This document shows positions 47,661 through 56,771 of a stretch of 64,000 nt of DNA, one piece after another. A program made the position numbers and the translations under genes. Below the pieces are notes generated by a model, which saw nothing but the letters and a program-made list of their open reading frames with translations, searched no databases and was not told where the DNA came from. This DNA comes from Candidatus Woesearchaeota archaeon (lineage in GTDB: Archaea; Nanobdellota; Nanobdellia; UBA10117; JABICX01), in the NCBI GenBank assembly GCA_018692915.1, contig JABHLG010000009.1:9332-73331 (forward strand). The letters run 5' to 3'. Every line of letters begins with the position of its first letter. Positions within the stretch are counted from its first letter, which is position 1.

Positions 47661-47804
47661 TATGCTTGTTTTTGTTCAATAGTTGGAACACAAGCTTTAA
47701 AAGTTTATCAGAATTCGACTTTAAAAGTCTTTTGATTTACTAATTTTACTTTCGAAACCTAATTTGATATTGTGGATTTTTAAATATGAAATATATGGAT
47801 TTTA

Positions 47805-48098
47805 TTAAATATTTTTCTTAACGTTTAATATTCCTTTTATTTTATTGGATACTAACACTATTTCTTCTTTAGCACCCATTATTCCTAACTCTGTCTGTAT
47901 ATGCATCTTACCATCTTTACTTATTTCATCTTTAGCTTTTTTTCCTAAATTTCTTATAAATTTTCTTGCTCTAGTTAATCTAACTTGTAGTTCTCTCATC
48001 TCTTCAGAAAGTGCTTTATCTGCGCCGCTTTTTGTATAAACTTTACGTCCAGTTAATCTATAAACATATGTTTTCAATTTAGTATTTATTAGAATCAT
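47805..48098 (-). CDS. hypothetical small basic protein (97 aa), possibly ribosome-associated
   Basis: ORF track entry, next to S8e. The family was not recognised. Confidence 0.4.
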   Translation of the reverse strand: MILINTKLKTYVYRLTGRKVYTKSGADKALSEEMRELQVRLTRARKFIRNLGKKAKDEISKDGKMHIQTELGIMGAKEEIVLVSNKIKGILNVKKNI

Positions 48099-48129
48099 TA
48101 GATAAATACTATTCTAAAATATAAAAGAT

Positions 48130-48513
48130 TTACTTCTTTTTTACAAGAACAGCATTTACAATACCTTCTTGAGTTGGTCTTGAAGTAACTCGTGCAAGGC
48201 CTTCAGGAGTATCAATTATAGCTCCCTTTGAAAGTACGTTCTGTCTAACAAAGTGTCGTGAAGCTGTATTTTCTACAACTCTGCTAATATTTGTTTTCTT
48301 TGCTTTGCCGCTAATCATTAAATTAACTTGATTTGCTCCTCTAAGAGAAGTCTTTTGGTTTCCACCTTTTGTTCTAAGAAATTTCTTTTTGATTTTATCA
48401 GAAACTCTTGTTAAAACTGGATCTCTGCCAATGTGGCTAGCTTTCTTTTTATGTGAAGAATGATATCTACCACCACTAACTTTTCGTTTTGATCTCAGTT
48501 TCCATATACTCAT
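48130..48513 (-). CDS. rps8e: 30S ribosomal protein S8e
   Basis: RSKRKVSGG ... IIDTPEGLARVTSRPTQEGIVNAVLV. Confidence 0.85.
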   Translation of the reverse strand: MSIWKLRSKRKVSGGRYHSSHKKKASHIGRDPVLTRVSDKIKKKFLRTKGGNQKTSLRGANQVNLMISGKAKKTNISRVVENTASRHFVRQNVLSKGAIIDTPEGLARVTSRPTQEGIVNAVLVKKK

Positions 48514-48552
48514 TGTAATACTCTATTTAGTTGGTTTATAAGGTTTGCTTAA

Positions 48553-48735
48553 AGCCTCGGGGGAGATTTTCATCATCTTACAATCTGTTCTTTTGGGATT
48601 GTAAAACCTTTTCTTACAAGAAAAGGGATTATATTGAACTCCCGACCTCTGCCTTACCAAGGCAGCGCTATTTAGAGCGTTCCGGTCTAAGCCGGCGAAG
48701 CTTTGCTTCGGCACGTACCCCTAAGCCACCGAGGC
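48553..48735 (-). tRNA. probable tRNA (anticodon GGU, Thr-like) with non-canonical introns (about 71 nt in the T-loop, about 44 nt in the D region)
   Basis: GC-rich island. On the minus strand: 7-bp acceptor gcctcgg/ccgaggc, T-stem gggag/ctccc, T-loop ttcaa[intron]at giving TTCAAAT, variable aggtc, and anticodon arm ctgcc-ttGGTaa-ggcag. The T-loop insert is homologous to the tRNA-Leu intron. The D-arm could not be resolved by eye. Confidence 0.45.
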
Positions 48736-48751
48736 TTTATCTAGCTAAATA

Positions 48752-49276
48752 ATGGTCAATGTAGTTAAAAAGATTTCACTTTTAATAAAACAATATTTAA
48801 AAAGGAATAATTACTCAAATCAAATGACTGATGTAGTTAATATCCTAGAACAGATTATCAATAAAGAGTATTATGAATTTTCATGCGAGCGCCAGGCAGA
48901 AGAATATGAAGCGATACGTGATGAACGTAGCGGTCGTTATGGTGAAGGTGAAAAAGGAGATTGCTGGCCACACTATTCTGATTTTTTAGAACATTCATTA
49001 TGGATAAAATTACATGAAAATTTCAAAACGCCAGAAGAACTTATTCAAGTAGCTACACTATTATTAGATAAACATGAAAAATTTGAAAAAGGATATTTTG
49101 AACGCAGTATTAACAAAATAAAAGACATATATAGTTCTCCATTCGACACACATGTGCAAAAATACGTAGAAAAACTTGCAGCTAAGGAAAGCCTAGCTGA
49201 ACCAGAAGGTGTAATTGATAAAGATATAGACGTTATAAATAATGACTTTACTCAGAAATCACTTATTGATTTTTAA
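48752..49276 (+). CDS. hypothetical protein (174 aa; start may be at a later Met)
   Basis: ORF track entry. Its 5' end abuts the RNA locus. Confidence 0.4.
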   Translation: MVNVVKKISLLIKQYLKRNNYSNQMTDVVNILEQIINKEYYEFSCERQAEEYEAIRDERSGRYGEGEKGDCWPHYSDFLEHSLWIKLHENFKTPEELIQVATLLLDKHEKFEKGYFERSINKIKDIYSSPFDTHVQKYVEKLAAKESLAEPEGVIDKDIDVINNDFTQKSLIDF

Positions 49277-49452
49277 AACTAAGAAAACTATTTTAATCAG
49301 TTGCTTTTTTAGAAAAGATGATAGAAAAAGACAACAAGGAAAAACTGAAAGAACTTCTTAAGAATATGGGTATGGCTTTTACAGATGCGGATGAAATAGT
49401 TGAAAAATCCAAAACTACTGTCAAGAAATCTTCTGATGTAAAATAATAATTT

Positions 49453-49743
49453 TTAATCTAATTTAAGTTTATATTCTATAAAGTTTGAGATTATTTTATC
49501 TCGTGCAACAGCTAGTGCTCGTTGATATGTTGTTGTACTTATGCCAAAGTCCTTACTCAATTCACGCATAGCAGGTCTCCGACCACCTCCTTCTGGAGAA
49601 GTGAAATAATTATGCTCATAAGCATGAATTAGAATCGCAATCTCTTGAATAGATAAATCAGTCATTTCTTCTAAATTTCTTGCGCCATGAATTATTTCTT
49701 TAACTTTTATTCTTGGCTCTTCCTTTACAATTTGTTCTATCAT
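49453..49743 (-). CDS. HTH_10-family (Bat/Tfx-like C-terminal HTH) DNA-binding protein
   Basis: YFTSPEGGGRRPAMRELSKDFGISTTTYQRALAVARDKI matches YFxxPR..ELA..LGIS..T...HLRRAE.KI. Confidence 0.55.
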   Translation of the reverse strand: MIEQIVKEEPRIKVKEIIHGARNLEEMTDLSIQEIAILIHAYEHNYFTSPEGGGRRPAMRELSKDFGISTTTYQRALAVARDKIISNFIEYKLKLD

Positions 49744-49759
49744 TTTAATATAGTAGTAA

Positions 49760-50143
49760 TTATCCTTTTAGTTTCTTGGTAACGTTAATTTTTTCGTGGC
49801 AAGAATCACATTCAAATGTGAATGATAAAACAGATTTTCGCTTGCCTTTGATTATAATTCCAACTTTCTTTCGCTTAAATGGTTCTTCTTTCTCAGCAGA
49901 ATGTTTACATTTTGGACAAGTATATACAATACCTGCAATCTCACTAGATTCATAATCTTCTTTTGGAACAATTTTCTCACAAGATTCACAAATATACTCA
50001 GTAGCTCGCATTTTTGGTTTTTTAAGAACGCCACCGCATGAGCATTTTTGTTTAGTGACCCAAACTTCTGCTTTTCCTTCGCCAATAGCTCTACGTGTAT
50101 AATAATCAAGTTCACTCATTGACTTAGGTCTTTGAATTACCAT
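49760..50143 (-). CDS. multi-zinc-ribbon protein (four CxxC pairs)
   Basis: CSCGG, CESCEK, CPKCKH, CDSCHEK. Confidence 0.5.
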   Translation of the reverse strand: MVIQRPKSMSELDYYTRRAIGEGKAEVWVTKQKCSCGGVLKKPKMRATEYICESCEKIVPKEDYESSEIAGIVYTCPKCKHSAEKEEPFKRKKVGIIIKGKRKSVLSFTFECDSCHEKINVTKKLKG

Positions 50144-50240
50144 TTTTGCTCTGATATATACTCCAAAAGGAGTAAAAAGACAGCAACTCGCAATTTGCTG
50201 TATAATCTTATCAGAAATTATTGTTTAAAAGAATACCTAT

Positions 50241-51479
50241 TTACCGCGTTTTCTTACCAGTAGAATATTTTGATTTTTTATTATTTTTAAATATATAATT
50301 TACTAGCTTCATTAAAATAGGAGTCATAACTACAGTTAATAAAATTAATATTAATACACTTGAAAATAAACCTGATATATCTTCATTTACAAAGAAATTA
50401 ACATTATCACTAACTAATATCATTAAGGCACTCATTACAACTAATGTTACTTCGCCATAAGGCAACATAGCTAATCCAGTTATTAAAGATTCTCGAGTAT
50501 CATATTTAAATAATTTTGCTACAGTAAATGCACCACCTACTTGTATGGTTATTATAACTCCAAAAAACAATAATGCCCTATATATGTTAGAGGCAAAGTT
50601 TGTAAATTCTAATAAAGTACCTGTCATTACAAAAAATATTGGTATAAAAAACCCGTATGATATTGAATGTATTTTTTTATGGAAACTATAAGTTTCGAAG
50701 ACAGGCGATCTTGCAATCATAATTCCTGCAATAAATGCTCCAATAATTAAACTCAATCCAAAACTTGCTGCCAACCACGCAAATAATAATATCAATACTA
50801 TGGCAAATGTAAATTGTGCTTCTTGAACTTTAAATTTAATAAAACTATTGCTGATTTTAGGCATATATCTAAAGCCTAAATAAAATAATGCGAAGCAAAT
50901 TAAAATAGATGCGAAAGATTTTCCTAAGGATAAAAAGATATTTCCAGCACCACTAAGTACTACGTCTGCATATGTGACTACTCCAGTTAAAAGTAAAAGG
51001 CCAGTAATATCGTTAAGAACTAAACTACCCATGACAGTTTTACCCACCTTAGTATCTAGTTCTTTAACCCCCATTAATGAAGCAAGTGATACTCCCATCG
51101 AAGTTGCACCTAATGCTGTTGCTAAAAATAAACTCGTAAGTAATGAGAAACCCTGCATCTGGGTTAAAATAATTACTGCAATTACTGGCAGTGTAGAACT
51201 CAATAATGATATTGATATGGATGTATTTTTGTATTTTAATAATTCCTTTATTGAACCGTGTTCAAAACCTGCTAAGAATATTAATAATATAATTCCAAGT
51301 TCTGCAAACAGCTTAAATGTCATATCGGGACTAATAATTTTTAGTACTGCTGGACCAAGTAATATTCCAGTTAATATTTCACCTAATAAAGCAGGCATTT
51401 TTAGCTTCTGAGCTAATTCACCAAATAATTTAGCAAGTAGTAATAAAATTGCCAACCCTAAAAAAATATTAATATCCAT
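50241..51479 (-). CDS. monovalent cation:proton antiporter (CPA family, Na+/H+ exchanger)
   Basis: A 12-13 TM profile. The N-terminus FGELAQKLKMPALLGEILTGILLGP is typical of NapA/Kef-type proteins. Confidence 0.85.
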   Translation of the reverse strand: MDINIFLGLAILLLLAKLFGELAQKLKMPALLGEILTGILLGPAVLKIISPDMTFKLFAELGIILLIFLAGFEHGSIKELLKYKNTSISISLLSSTLPVIAVIILTQMQGFSLLTSLFLATALGATSMGVSLASLMGVKELDTKVGKTVMGSLVLNDITGLLLLTGVVTYADVVLSGAGNIFLSLGKSFASILICFALFYLGFRYMPKISNSFIKFKVQEAQFTFAIVLILLFAWLAASFGLSLIIGAFIAGIMIARSPVFETYSFHKKIHSISYGFFIPIFFVMTGTLLEFTNFASNIYRALLFFGVIITIQVGGAFTVAKLFKYDTRESLITGLAMLPYGEVTLVVMSALMILVSDNVNFFVNEDISGLFSSVLILILLTVVMTPILMKLVNYIFKNNKKSKYSTGKKTR

Positions 51480-51931
51480 TATTTCTTACCTTTTTTATTA
51501 CCTTTCGTTATTTGTTTATAATGCCTTAAAATCGCAATATCTGTTAATATGCCTAATAATTTTTTTCTTTTATCAACTATGGGGATAGTTGATATGCCTT
51601 TATCATACATTATTTGTATAATATCAGATAATTCATCATCTAGATAAGCAACAATTTCATGTTTATTGAAAAAATCGTCAACGATATTAGAAAAAGACGA
51701 TTGTAAATTTTTTATAGCTTCAAAGTCTAGCCCCTCGGAAGATAGTCTTTGTTTAGCAATAAGCTTCAAAAGTAAATCTTTTTGATTTAGTTCACCAATA
51801 ACTTTACCTTTTTTATTAATTACTGGTAATGAAGATTCAGGAACGGAAATTAACAAATTAATTGCTTTTAAAATATTCTCGTGTGGTTTAATTGTTTTTG
51901 GATTTAAAAGCATAATATCTTTTATCTTCAT
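51479..51931 (-). CDS. CBS-domain pair protein (likely regulator of the adjacent antiporter)
   Basis: Two CBS repeats. Its stop overlaps the antiporter start by 1 nt. Confidence 0.7.
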   Translation of the reverse strand: MKIKDIMLLNPKTIKPHENILKAINLLISVPESSLPVINKKGKVIGELNQKDLLLKLIAKQRLSSEGLDFEAIKNLQSSFSNIVDDFFNKHEIVAYLDDELSDIIQIMYDKGISTIPIVDKRKKLLGILTDIAILRHYKQITKGNKKGKK

Positions 51932-52039
51932 ATTATATAATTCATTATATATATTTATAGTTTGCTGAGTAAAATCTAACCAATAAAATTGTTTAAAAAA
52001 GTATCCAAATTGTTATAAAATCGAATTCTTACCTGAGCT

Positions 52040-52321
52040 ATGGTTAAACCTGAGTTAATAGCTAGAAAGAAATCTAAACAAACCAAATCTAAAATGGATT
52101 GGAGTAGAGTTGAAGAGCTATTAGCTGAAAAACTCGCTGACAGAGTTAAAATCAAACTTAAAATAAGAGAATCAGATGAATTAGAAAATGCTGATGAAAT
52201 AGAAGATGCTGTTGACGAAGGTGAATTTTCACAAGAAGAGCTTGATGAAGAAATTAACTCAAGAGAAATCGCTTATTTTTTCATCCACAGACACATAAAT
52301 AAAATACACAAAGTTGGCTAA
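52040..52321 (+). CDS. hypothetical acidic small protein (93 aa)
   Basis: ORF track entry. Confidence 0.35.
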   Translation: MVKPELIARKKSKQTKSKMDWSRVEELLAEKLADRVKIKLKIRESDELENADEIEDAVDEGEFSQEELDEEINSREIAYFFIHRHINKIHKVG

Positions 52322-52370
52322 ATTATATTCTTAGAAACAGTTAAAAACCGCTTATTTCTCGTATAATTAT

Positions 52371-52509
52371 GCTGGGGTACCGAAGTGGTCAAACGGGCAG
52401 GACTTAAGATGAGCCCTTTCTTGTAAGAAAGGTTTCACAGTCCCAAAGAACAAATTATAAGACATCCTGTGGCTTAGTGCCTACGCAGGTTCAAACCCTG
52501 TCCCCAGCA
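52371..52509 (+). tRNA. tRNA-Leu (anticodon UAA) with about 55-nt intron at the canonical 37/38 position (approximately 52410-52464)
   Basis: Acceptor gctgggg/ccccagc, D-arm ccga-agtggtcaa-acgg, anticodon arm cagga-ctTAAga-[intron]-tcctg, a long variable arm (ggcttagtgcctac), T-arm gcagg-ttcaaac-cctgt, discriminator A. No encoded CCA. Confidence 0.75.
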
Positions 52510-52676
52510 CATTTATTTTTATTCTGGAAAGATTATGTTATGGCGATCAGATTACGTTTAAATAAAAAGAATGTAAAAAAGGCGCTAGTTGAGTTCTGAA
52601 TACCTATTCGATACCTTTATATATGAATAAGTATTCATAATTATTAGAGCTGAAAAAAGCTTAGGAGGAAAATAAA

Positions 52677-52949
52677 ATGCCAAATCAAGATGGAACGGGA
52701 AGATTAGGACGAGGACGAAACTGCGACGATGTCGCTATATCTGATAGAACTGGTGGCGGTTTCGGACGAGGAAGAGGATTAGGACGTGGCCTTGGAAGAG
52801 GTTCTGCAAGAGGTGCGGGATACGGATTTCGAAAAACAGATTATCAAACACCAACTAAAAAAGATGAAAAATCTTACTTAACTACTGAACTAAAAGCTGC
52901 TGAAGAAGCCATATCTGAAATTAAAAAGAGACTACAAGATTTAAAGTAG
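52677..52949 (+). CDS. DUF5320-like Gly/Arg-rich protein with C-terminal coiled coil
   Basis: MPNQDGTGRLGRGRN ... GRGRGLGRGLGRGSARGAGYG ... EAISEIKKRLQDLK. Strong SD aggagg. The family is typically linked to NifX-like and DUF134 genes. Confidence 0.6.
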   Translation: MPNQDGTGRLGRGRNCDDVAISDRTGGGFGRGRGLGRGLGRGSARGAGYGFRKTDYQTPTKKDEKSYLTTELKAAEEAISEIKKRLQDLK

Positions 52950-52983
52950 TTTCTTTTTTATATTATTATATTTAAATAATTAC

Positions 52984-53331
52984 ATGAAAATTGCATTTGC
53001 AGCTGAAGGCGAAGGAATTAGTGCTAGTTTAGCTTATCATTTTGGTAGATGTCCGTACTATGTTTTTGTTGAATTAGAAAGTAACAATATCAAAAGTACA
53101 ACTACAAAGAAAAATCCTTTTTTCAACAAACATGAAGAAGGATCTGTGCCAAAATTTATTGCGGGTGAAAAAGCAAAGATTATGATTACAGGTGGAATCG
53201 GACCAAAAGCTATAGAATGGTTTGATAAGTTGGGAATAATCGTAATAACTGCTAAACCTAAAGAATTAACTGCGGTTTTGAAAGATTACTTGGATGGAAA
53301 ATTATCTGGAGCAAAATCATGCAGAACTTAA
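52984..53331 (+). CDS. NifX/NifB-like dinitrogenase FeMo-cofactor-binding domain protein
   Basis: MKIAFAAEGEGISASLAYHFGRCPYYVFVE ... ITGGIGPKA. Confidence 0.7.
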   Translation: MKIAFAAEGEGISASLAYHFGRCPYYVFVELESNNIKSTTTKKNPFFNKHEEGSVPKFIAGEKAKIMITGGIGPKAIEWFDKLGIIVITAKPKELTAVLKDYLDGKLSGAKSCRT

Positions 53332-53750
53332 AAATAAAACGACTTAAACAAGCAGTAATCAAAGCCAGCAAAGGTATATGGAATGCAGTCCCGATGATTA
53401 TATGTGTTGTATTATTGATTGGATTACTGAACGTATTGATACCTAAATCTACATATTCAAAAGTTTTCACAAACAGTATTTTTGATCCAGTAATTGGGGG
53501 GGCATTAGGAAGTATTCTTGCAGGCAGTCCTATAACAAGTTATATACTTGGTGGAGAATTTCTTGCGCAAGGAGTTAGTTTAGTTGCAATCACTGCTTTT
53601 ATTGTATCGTGGGTAACAGTAGGTATTGTTACACTACCTGCTGAAATAGTAATGCTTGGAAAAAAATTTGCAATAACAAGAAATGCCATTAGCTTTGTAT
53701 TTGCCATTCTAGTTGCAATAATTACTGTCGGGGTGCTTAACTTACTATGA
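53319..53750 (+). CDS. permease, N-terminal part (two-piece permease)
   Basis: Hydrophobic TM protein. It overlaps the next ORF through ATGA. Confidence 0.55.
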   Translation: MQNLKIKRLKQAVIKASKGIWNAVPMIICVVLLIGLLNVLIPKSTYSKVFTNSIFDPVIGGALGSILAGSPITSYILGGEFLAQGVSLVAITAFIVSWVTVGIVTLPAEIVMLGKKFAITRNAISFVFAILVAIITVGVLNLL

Positions 53751-54280
53751 AACAAACAAGTTTGTTGCCGTTTAATCAAAAGATTAAGCTGAAGCTTCAA
53801 GATATAAGCAAAGCATGGTATTTTGTTATCTCAATTATATTTATTTATATAATTCTTGGCGTAATTGATTTTACAAAAGCATTAGAATCATTACAATTCT
53901 CAGCAAGTGTTTTCATAAAAATTATACCTGTTTTTGTTTTAGTCTTTGCTTTAATGGCTATAACTAATTATTTTGTTACACCTAAAAAGCTAGCCGGCTG
54001 GCTAAACAAAAAGCATGGTTGGTTGATAGCGATTGTTGCAGGTATAATCTCAACAGGTCCAATTTATATGTGGTATCCTATGCTTCAAGACTTGCAGAAG
54101 CAAGGAGTTAAAAACGGATTGATAGCAACTTTCCTATACAATCGGGCAATCAAACCAGCACATCTGCCTTTAATAATTATATACTTTGGACTTGCTTTTA
54201 CAGTTGTCCTAACTATTGTGATGGCTGTCTTATCTGTTATTCAAGGCTGGCTAGTTGAGAAAATCGTTGACTACTTTTAA
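53747..54280 (+). CDS. permease, C-terminal part
   Basis: Hydrophobic. Together the two ORFs total about 320 aa, the size of a single predicted-permease (DUF318-like) protein. Confidence 0.55.
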   Translation: MKQTSLLPFNQKIKLKLQDISKAWYFVISIIFIYIILGVIDFTKALESLQFSASVFIKIIPVFVLVFALMAITNYFVTPKKLAGWLNKKHGWLIAIVAGIISTGPIYMWYPMLQDLQKQGVKNGLIATFLYNRAIKPAHLPLIIIYFGLAFTVVLTIVMAVLSVIQGWLVEKIVDYF

Positions 54281-55014
54281 ATTACTGCCAAACTTACAGC
54301 CATTACAGCCATTCCAATAAACACCCCCGCAATTGTAATATGATGTTTTTCATATTTAAGTGCGTTAGGTAAAAGCTCATCAAAGCTTATGAAAACCATA
54401 ATTCCAGCCACTGCTGCAAGTATAATATTAAGTATAAAAACATTTAGAAAATTCATTAAAAATAAGTAAGCAATTATAGCACCAATCGGCTCAGCAATTC
54501 CTGAAAACGCAGCATATGAAAAAGCCTTAATTTTGTTTCCAGTAGCATAATAAATCGGCATAGCTATAGCAATACCTTCCGGAATATTATGTATTGCAAT
54601 TGCAATAGCAACAATCAATCCGAGTCTAATATCTACAATCGATGAAAAAAGAACAATCATACCTTCCGGAATATTATGAATAGTAATCCCCACAGCTACT
54701 AAACGCCCACATCTTTCTAATTCTTTTTTCTTGCAAGGTGGATTTTCAGCTTCATATGAATGTGGAATAAGTATATCAATTAGGTATATTATCAAGATTC
54801 CTACAAAGAATGAAATAATCGCATAGTTATAGCCAATATTTTCAATGCTTTCACCTAAAAGTTCGGTCAAAGAAATAAAAATCATTACTCCTGCTGCAAA
54901 ACCCATACCAAGAGATAGGTAACTTAATTTAGGTTTTTTTATAAAAAAGATAATTGCTCCACCAATTAGTGTAGAAAGTCCTGCTAATATCGTAAGAATA
55001 AATGCATTAATCAT
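54277..55014 (-). CDS. ZIP-family divalent metal transporter (ZupT-like)
   Basis: HNIPEG motifs (ITIHNIPEG, IAIHNIPEG). Confidence 0.85.
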   Translation of the reverse strand: MINAFILTILAGLSTLIGGAIIFFIKKPKLSYLSLGMGFAAGVMIFISLTELLGESIENIGYNYAIISFFVGILIIYLIDILIPHSYEAENPPCKKKELERCGRLVAVGITIHNIPEGMIVLFSSIVDIRLGLIVAIAIAIHNIPEGIAIAMPIYYATGNKIKAFSYAAFSGIAEPIGAIIAYLFLMNFLNVFILNIILAAVAGIMVFISFDELLPNALKYEKHHITIAGVFIGMAVMAVSLAVI

Positions 55015-55081
55015 TTTCTAATATTTAAGTATAATATAAAAACATTATGAATATATATGCAAAAAATCGTTAGGTTTTTAT

Positions 55082-55399
55082 ATGAATATGTATTCAATTA
55101 ATATTATGAAAATAGCAATTGCATCTGAAGGTAAAACAGAAGATTCTAAAATAAGTGGAGCTGCTGGAAGAGCACTGTATTACCTTATTTTTGAAGATAA
55201 AAAACTTGTAAAAACTATTGAAAATCCTTTCAGACGTGGCAGTGGTGGCGCTGGTTATTCTGTTGCTCGCATGCTTGCTAATGAAAAAATAGATGAAGTT
55301 GTTGCCGGCCAATTTGGTGGAAACATGACTGGCGCTTTAGAAGAAAATGGAATCAAATCAAAAACTGCTTCAGGAAAAGTAAAAGAGGTAATTCAATGA
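55082..55399 (+). CDS. NifX/NifB-like FeMo-cofactor-binding domain protein (second copy)
   Basis: MKIAIASEGKTEDSKISGAAGRALYYLIFE ... VVAGQFGGN. Confidence 0.7.
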   Translation: MNMYSINIMKIAIASEGKTEDSKISGAAGRALYYLIFEDKKLVKTIENPFRRGSGGAGYSVARMLANEKIDEVVAGQFGGNMTGALEENGIKSKTASGKVKEVIQ

Positions 55400-55674
55400 C
55401 ACCAAGACCGTGTATAAACAGACGAGTAAGATTTAATCCTAATGCAGATTATTTTAAGCCTGCAGGTATTCCTATGCGAACTCTTGAAGAAGTTCAACTG
55501 ACTCTTGGAGAAGCAGAAGCAATTAGATTATTTGATGTTCAAAACTTAGAGCAAAAGCAATGTGCTGAGAAAATGGAAGTTTCGCAACCAACATTTTCAC
55601 GAATTTTAGACTCCTCAAGAAAGAAAGTTGCTGATGCACTGATTAATGGAAAAGCAATAAGAATTGAAAAATGA
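55396..55674 (+). CDS. DUF134 (UPF0251) predicted DNA-binding protein
   Basis: PRPCINRRVRFNPNADYFKPAGIP ... LTLGEAEAIRLFDVQNLEQKQCAEKMEVSQPTFSRIL. Confidence 0.7.
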   Translation: MTPRPCINRRVRFNPNADYFKPAGIPMRTLEEVQLTLGEAEAIRLFDVQNLEQKQCAEKMEVSQPTFSRILDSSRKKVADALINGKAIRIEK

Positions 55675-56771
55675 AAGCATTAAAATTTGCTTTGGTGTTG
55701 TTAGTAATTCTTAATATATTTGCAGTTGTGTCGGCTGAAGAAACCTGTGCATATTTTTTCTATGGTGAAGGATGTCCGCACTGCGGAAAAGTCAAACCAT
55801 ACATTGACGAGCTCAACCAACAACCAGAAGTTAATATACAGATTTTTGAAATATATCACAACCGAGAAAATGCGGTTTTACTTAATGATTTTTACGAATC
55901 CTATAATGTTCCAGCAAATTCAAGAGGAGTTCCTACGGTTTTAATCAATGGGAAATATTTAGTAGGTGATGATCCAATTTTAGATAATCTTGAAACTGAA
56001 CTTATTAAAAACAAGGGTGTTTCTTGTCCATCTTTAGTAAATGAAGGTGCTACGGGCGTAACTGGACAATCTTCATCAACAAATGAGTTTGGCGGTCTAT
56101 CCATATTGACGGTAACTGGAGCAGCATTTGTTGATTCAATTAATCCATGTGCAATCGCAGTTCTTTTGATTTTACTTTCAGCATTACTAGCTTCGGGTGA
56201 GAAAAAACGAGCACTAAAAGCTGGAATTGCTTTTACAATATCAATATACATTTCATATTTCTTATTTGGAATTGGTTTGTTCAAAGTGATTCAAATTTCA
56301 GGAGTCTCATATACCTTTTACAAACTTGTTGGCTTGCTTGCAATTATTGTGGGTATCTTTAATTTAAAAGATTGGATCAAACATGGCTCTTTGGGTTTTG
56401 TGATGGAGATTCCACGATCGTGGAGACCTACGCTTAAGAAATTGCTTAATAAGGTTACATCACCAATTGGCGCATTTTTAATGGGATTCTTAGTGTGTTT
56501 GTTTGAACTACCTTGTACGGGAGGACCCTATATTGTAATACTCGGCTTGCTTGCTCAAAGAACAACACAGATGCAAGCTTTACCAATACTTGCGTTTTAT
56601 AATCTCGTATTTATACTACCACTATTGGTCGTTACCTTCCTTGTATTTAGAGGCTTTACAACAATAGAATCAGCAGACAAGTGGAAAGAAAAGCATATCC
56701 GAAAGCTCCACTTAATTGCAGGTATTGTTATGATAGCATTAGGTGCAGTAATTCTAAGTGGATTAATCTAA
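55671..56771 (+). CDS. thioredoxin-like domain fused to CcdA/DsbD-type transmembrane thiol-disulfide transporter
   Basis: Signal peptide and CPHC thioredoxin motif at the N-terminus. The C-terminus has six TM helices and Cys residues (CAIAVLL ... ELPCTGGP). Confidence 0.75.
   Translation: MKALKFALVLLVILNIFAVVSAEETCAYFFYGEGCPHCGKVKPYIDELNQQPEVNIQIFEIYHNRENAVLLNDFYESYNVPANSRGVPTVLINGKYLVGDDPILDNLETELIKNKGVSCPSLVNEGATGVTGQSSSTNEFGGLSILTVTGAAFVDSINPCAIAVLLILLSALLASGEKKRALKAGIAFTISIYISYFLFGIGLFKVIQISGVSYTFYKLVGLLAIIVGIFNLKDWIKHGSLGFVMEIPRSWRPTLKKLLNKVTSPIGAFLMGFLVCLFELPCTGGPYIVILGLLAQRTTQMQALPILAFYNLVFILPLLVVTFLVFRGFTTIESADKWKEKHIRKLHLIAGIVMIALGAVILSGLI

Noticed and set aside
48523-48752. ORFs 48523-48714 (-) and 48531-48752 (+)
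   Set aside because: They overlap the GC-rich structured RNA locus. The translations are Arg/Pro/Ser-rich, which is typical of reading through a stable RNA gene.
49318-49446. 42-aa plus-strand ORF MIEKDNKEKLKELLKNMGMAFTDADEIVEK...
   Set aside because: It is too short and lacks motifs. It is mentioned only as a possible small protein. There is no supporting evidence.
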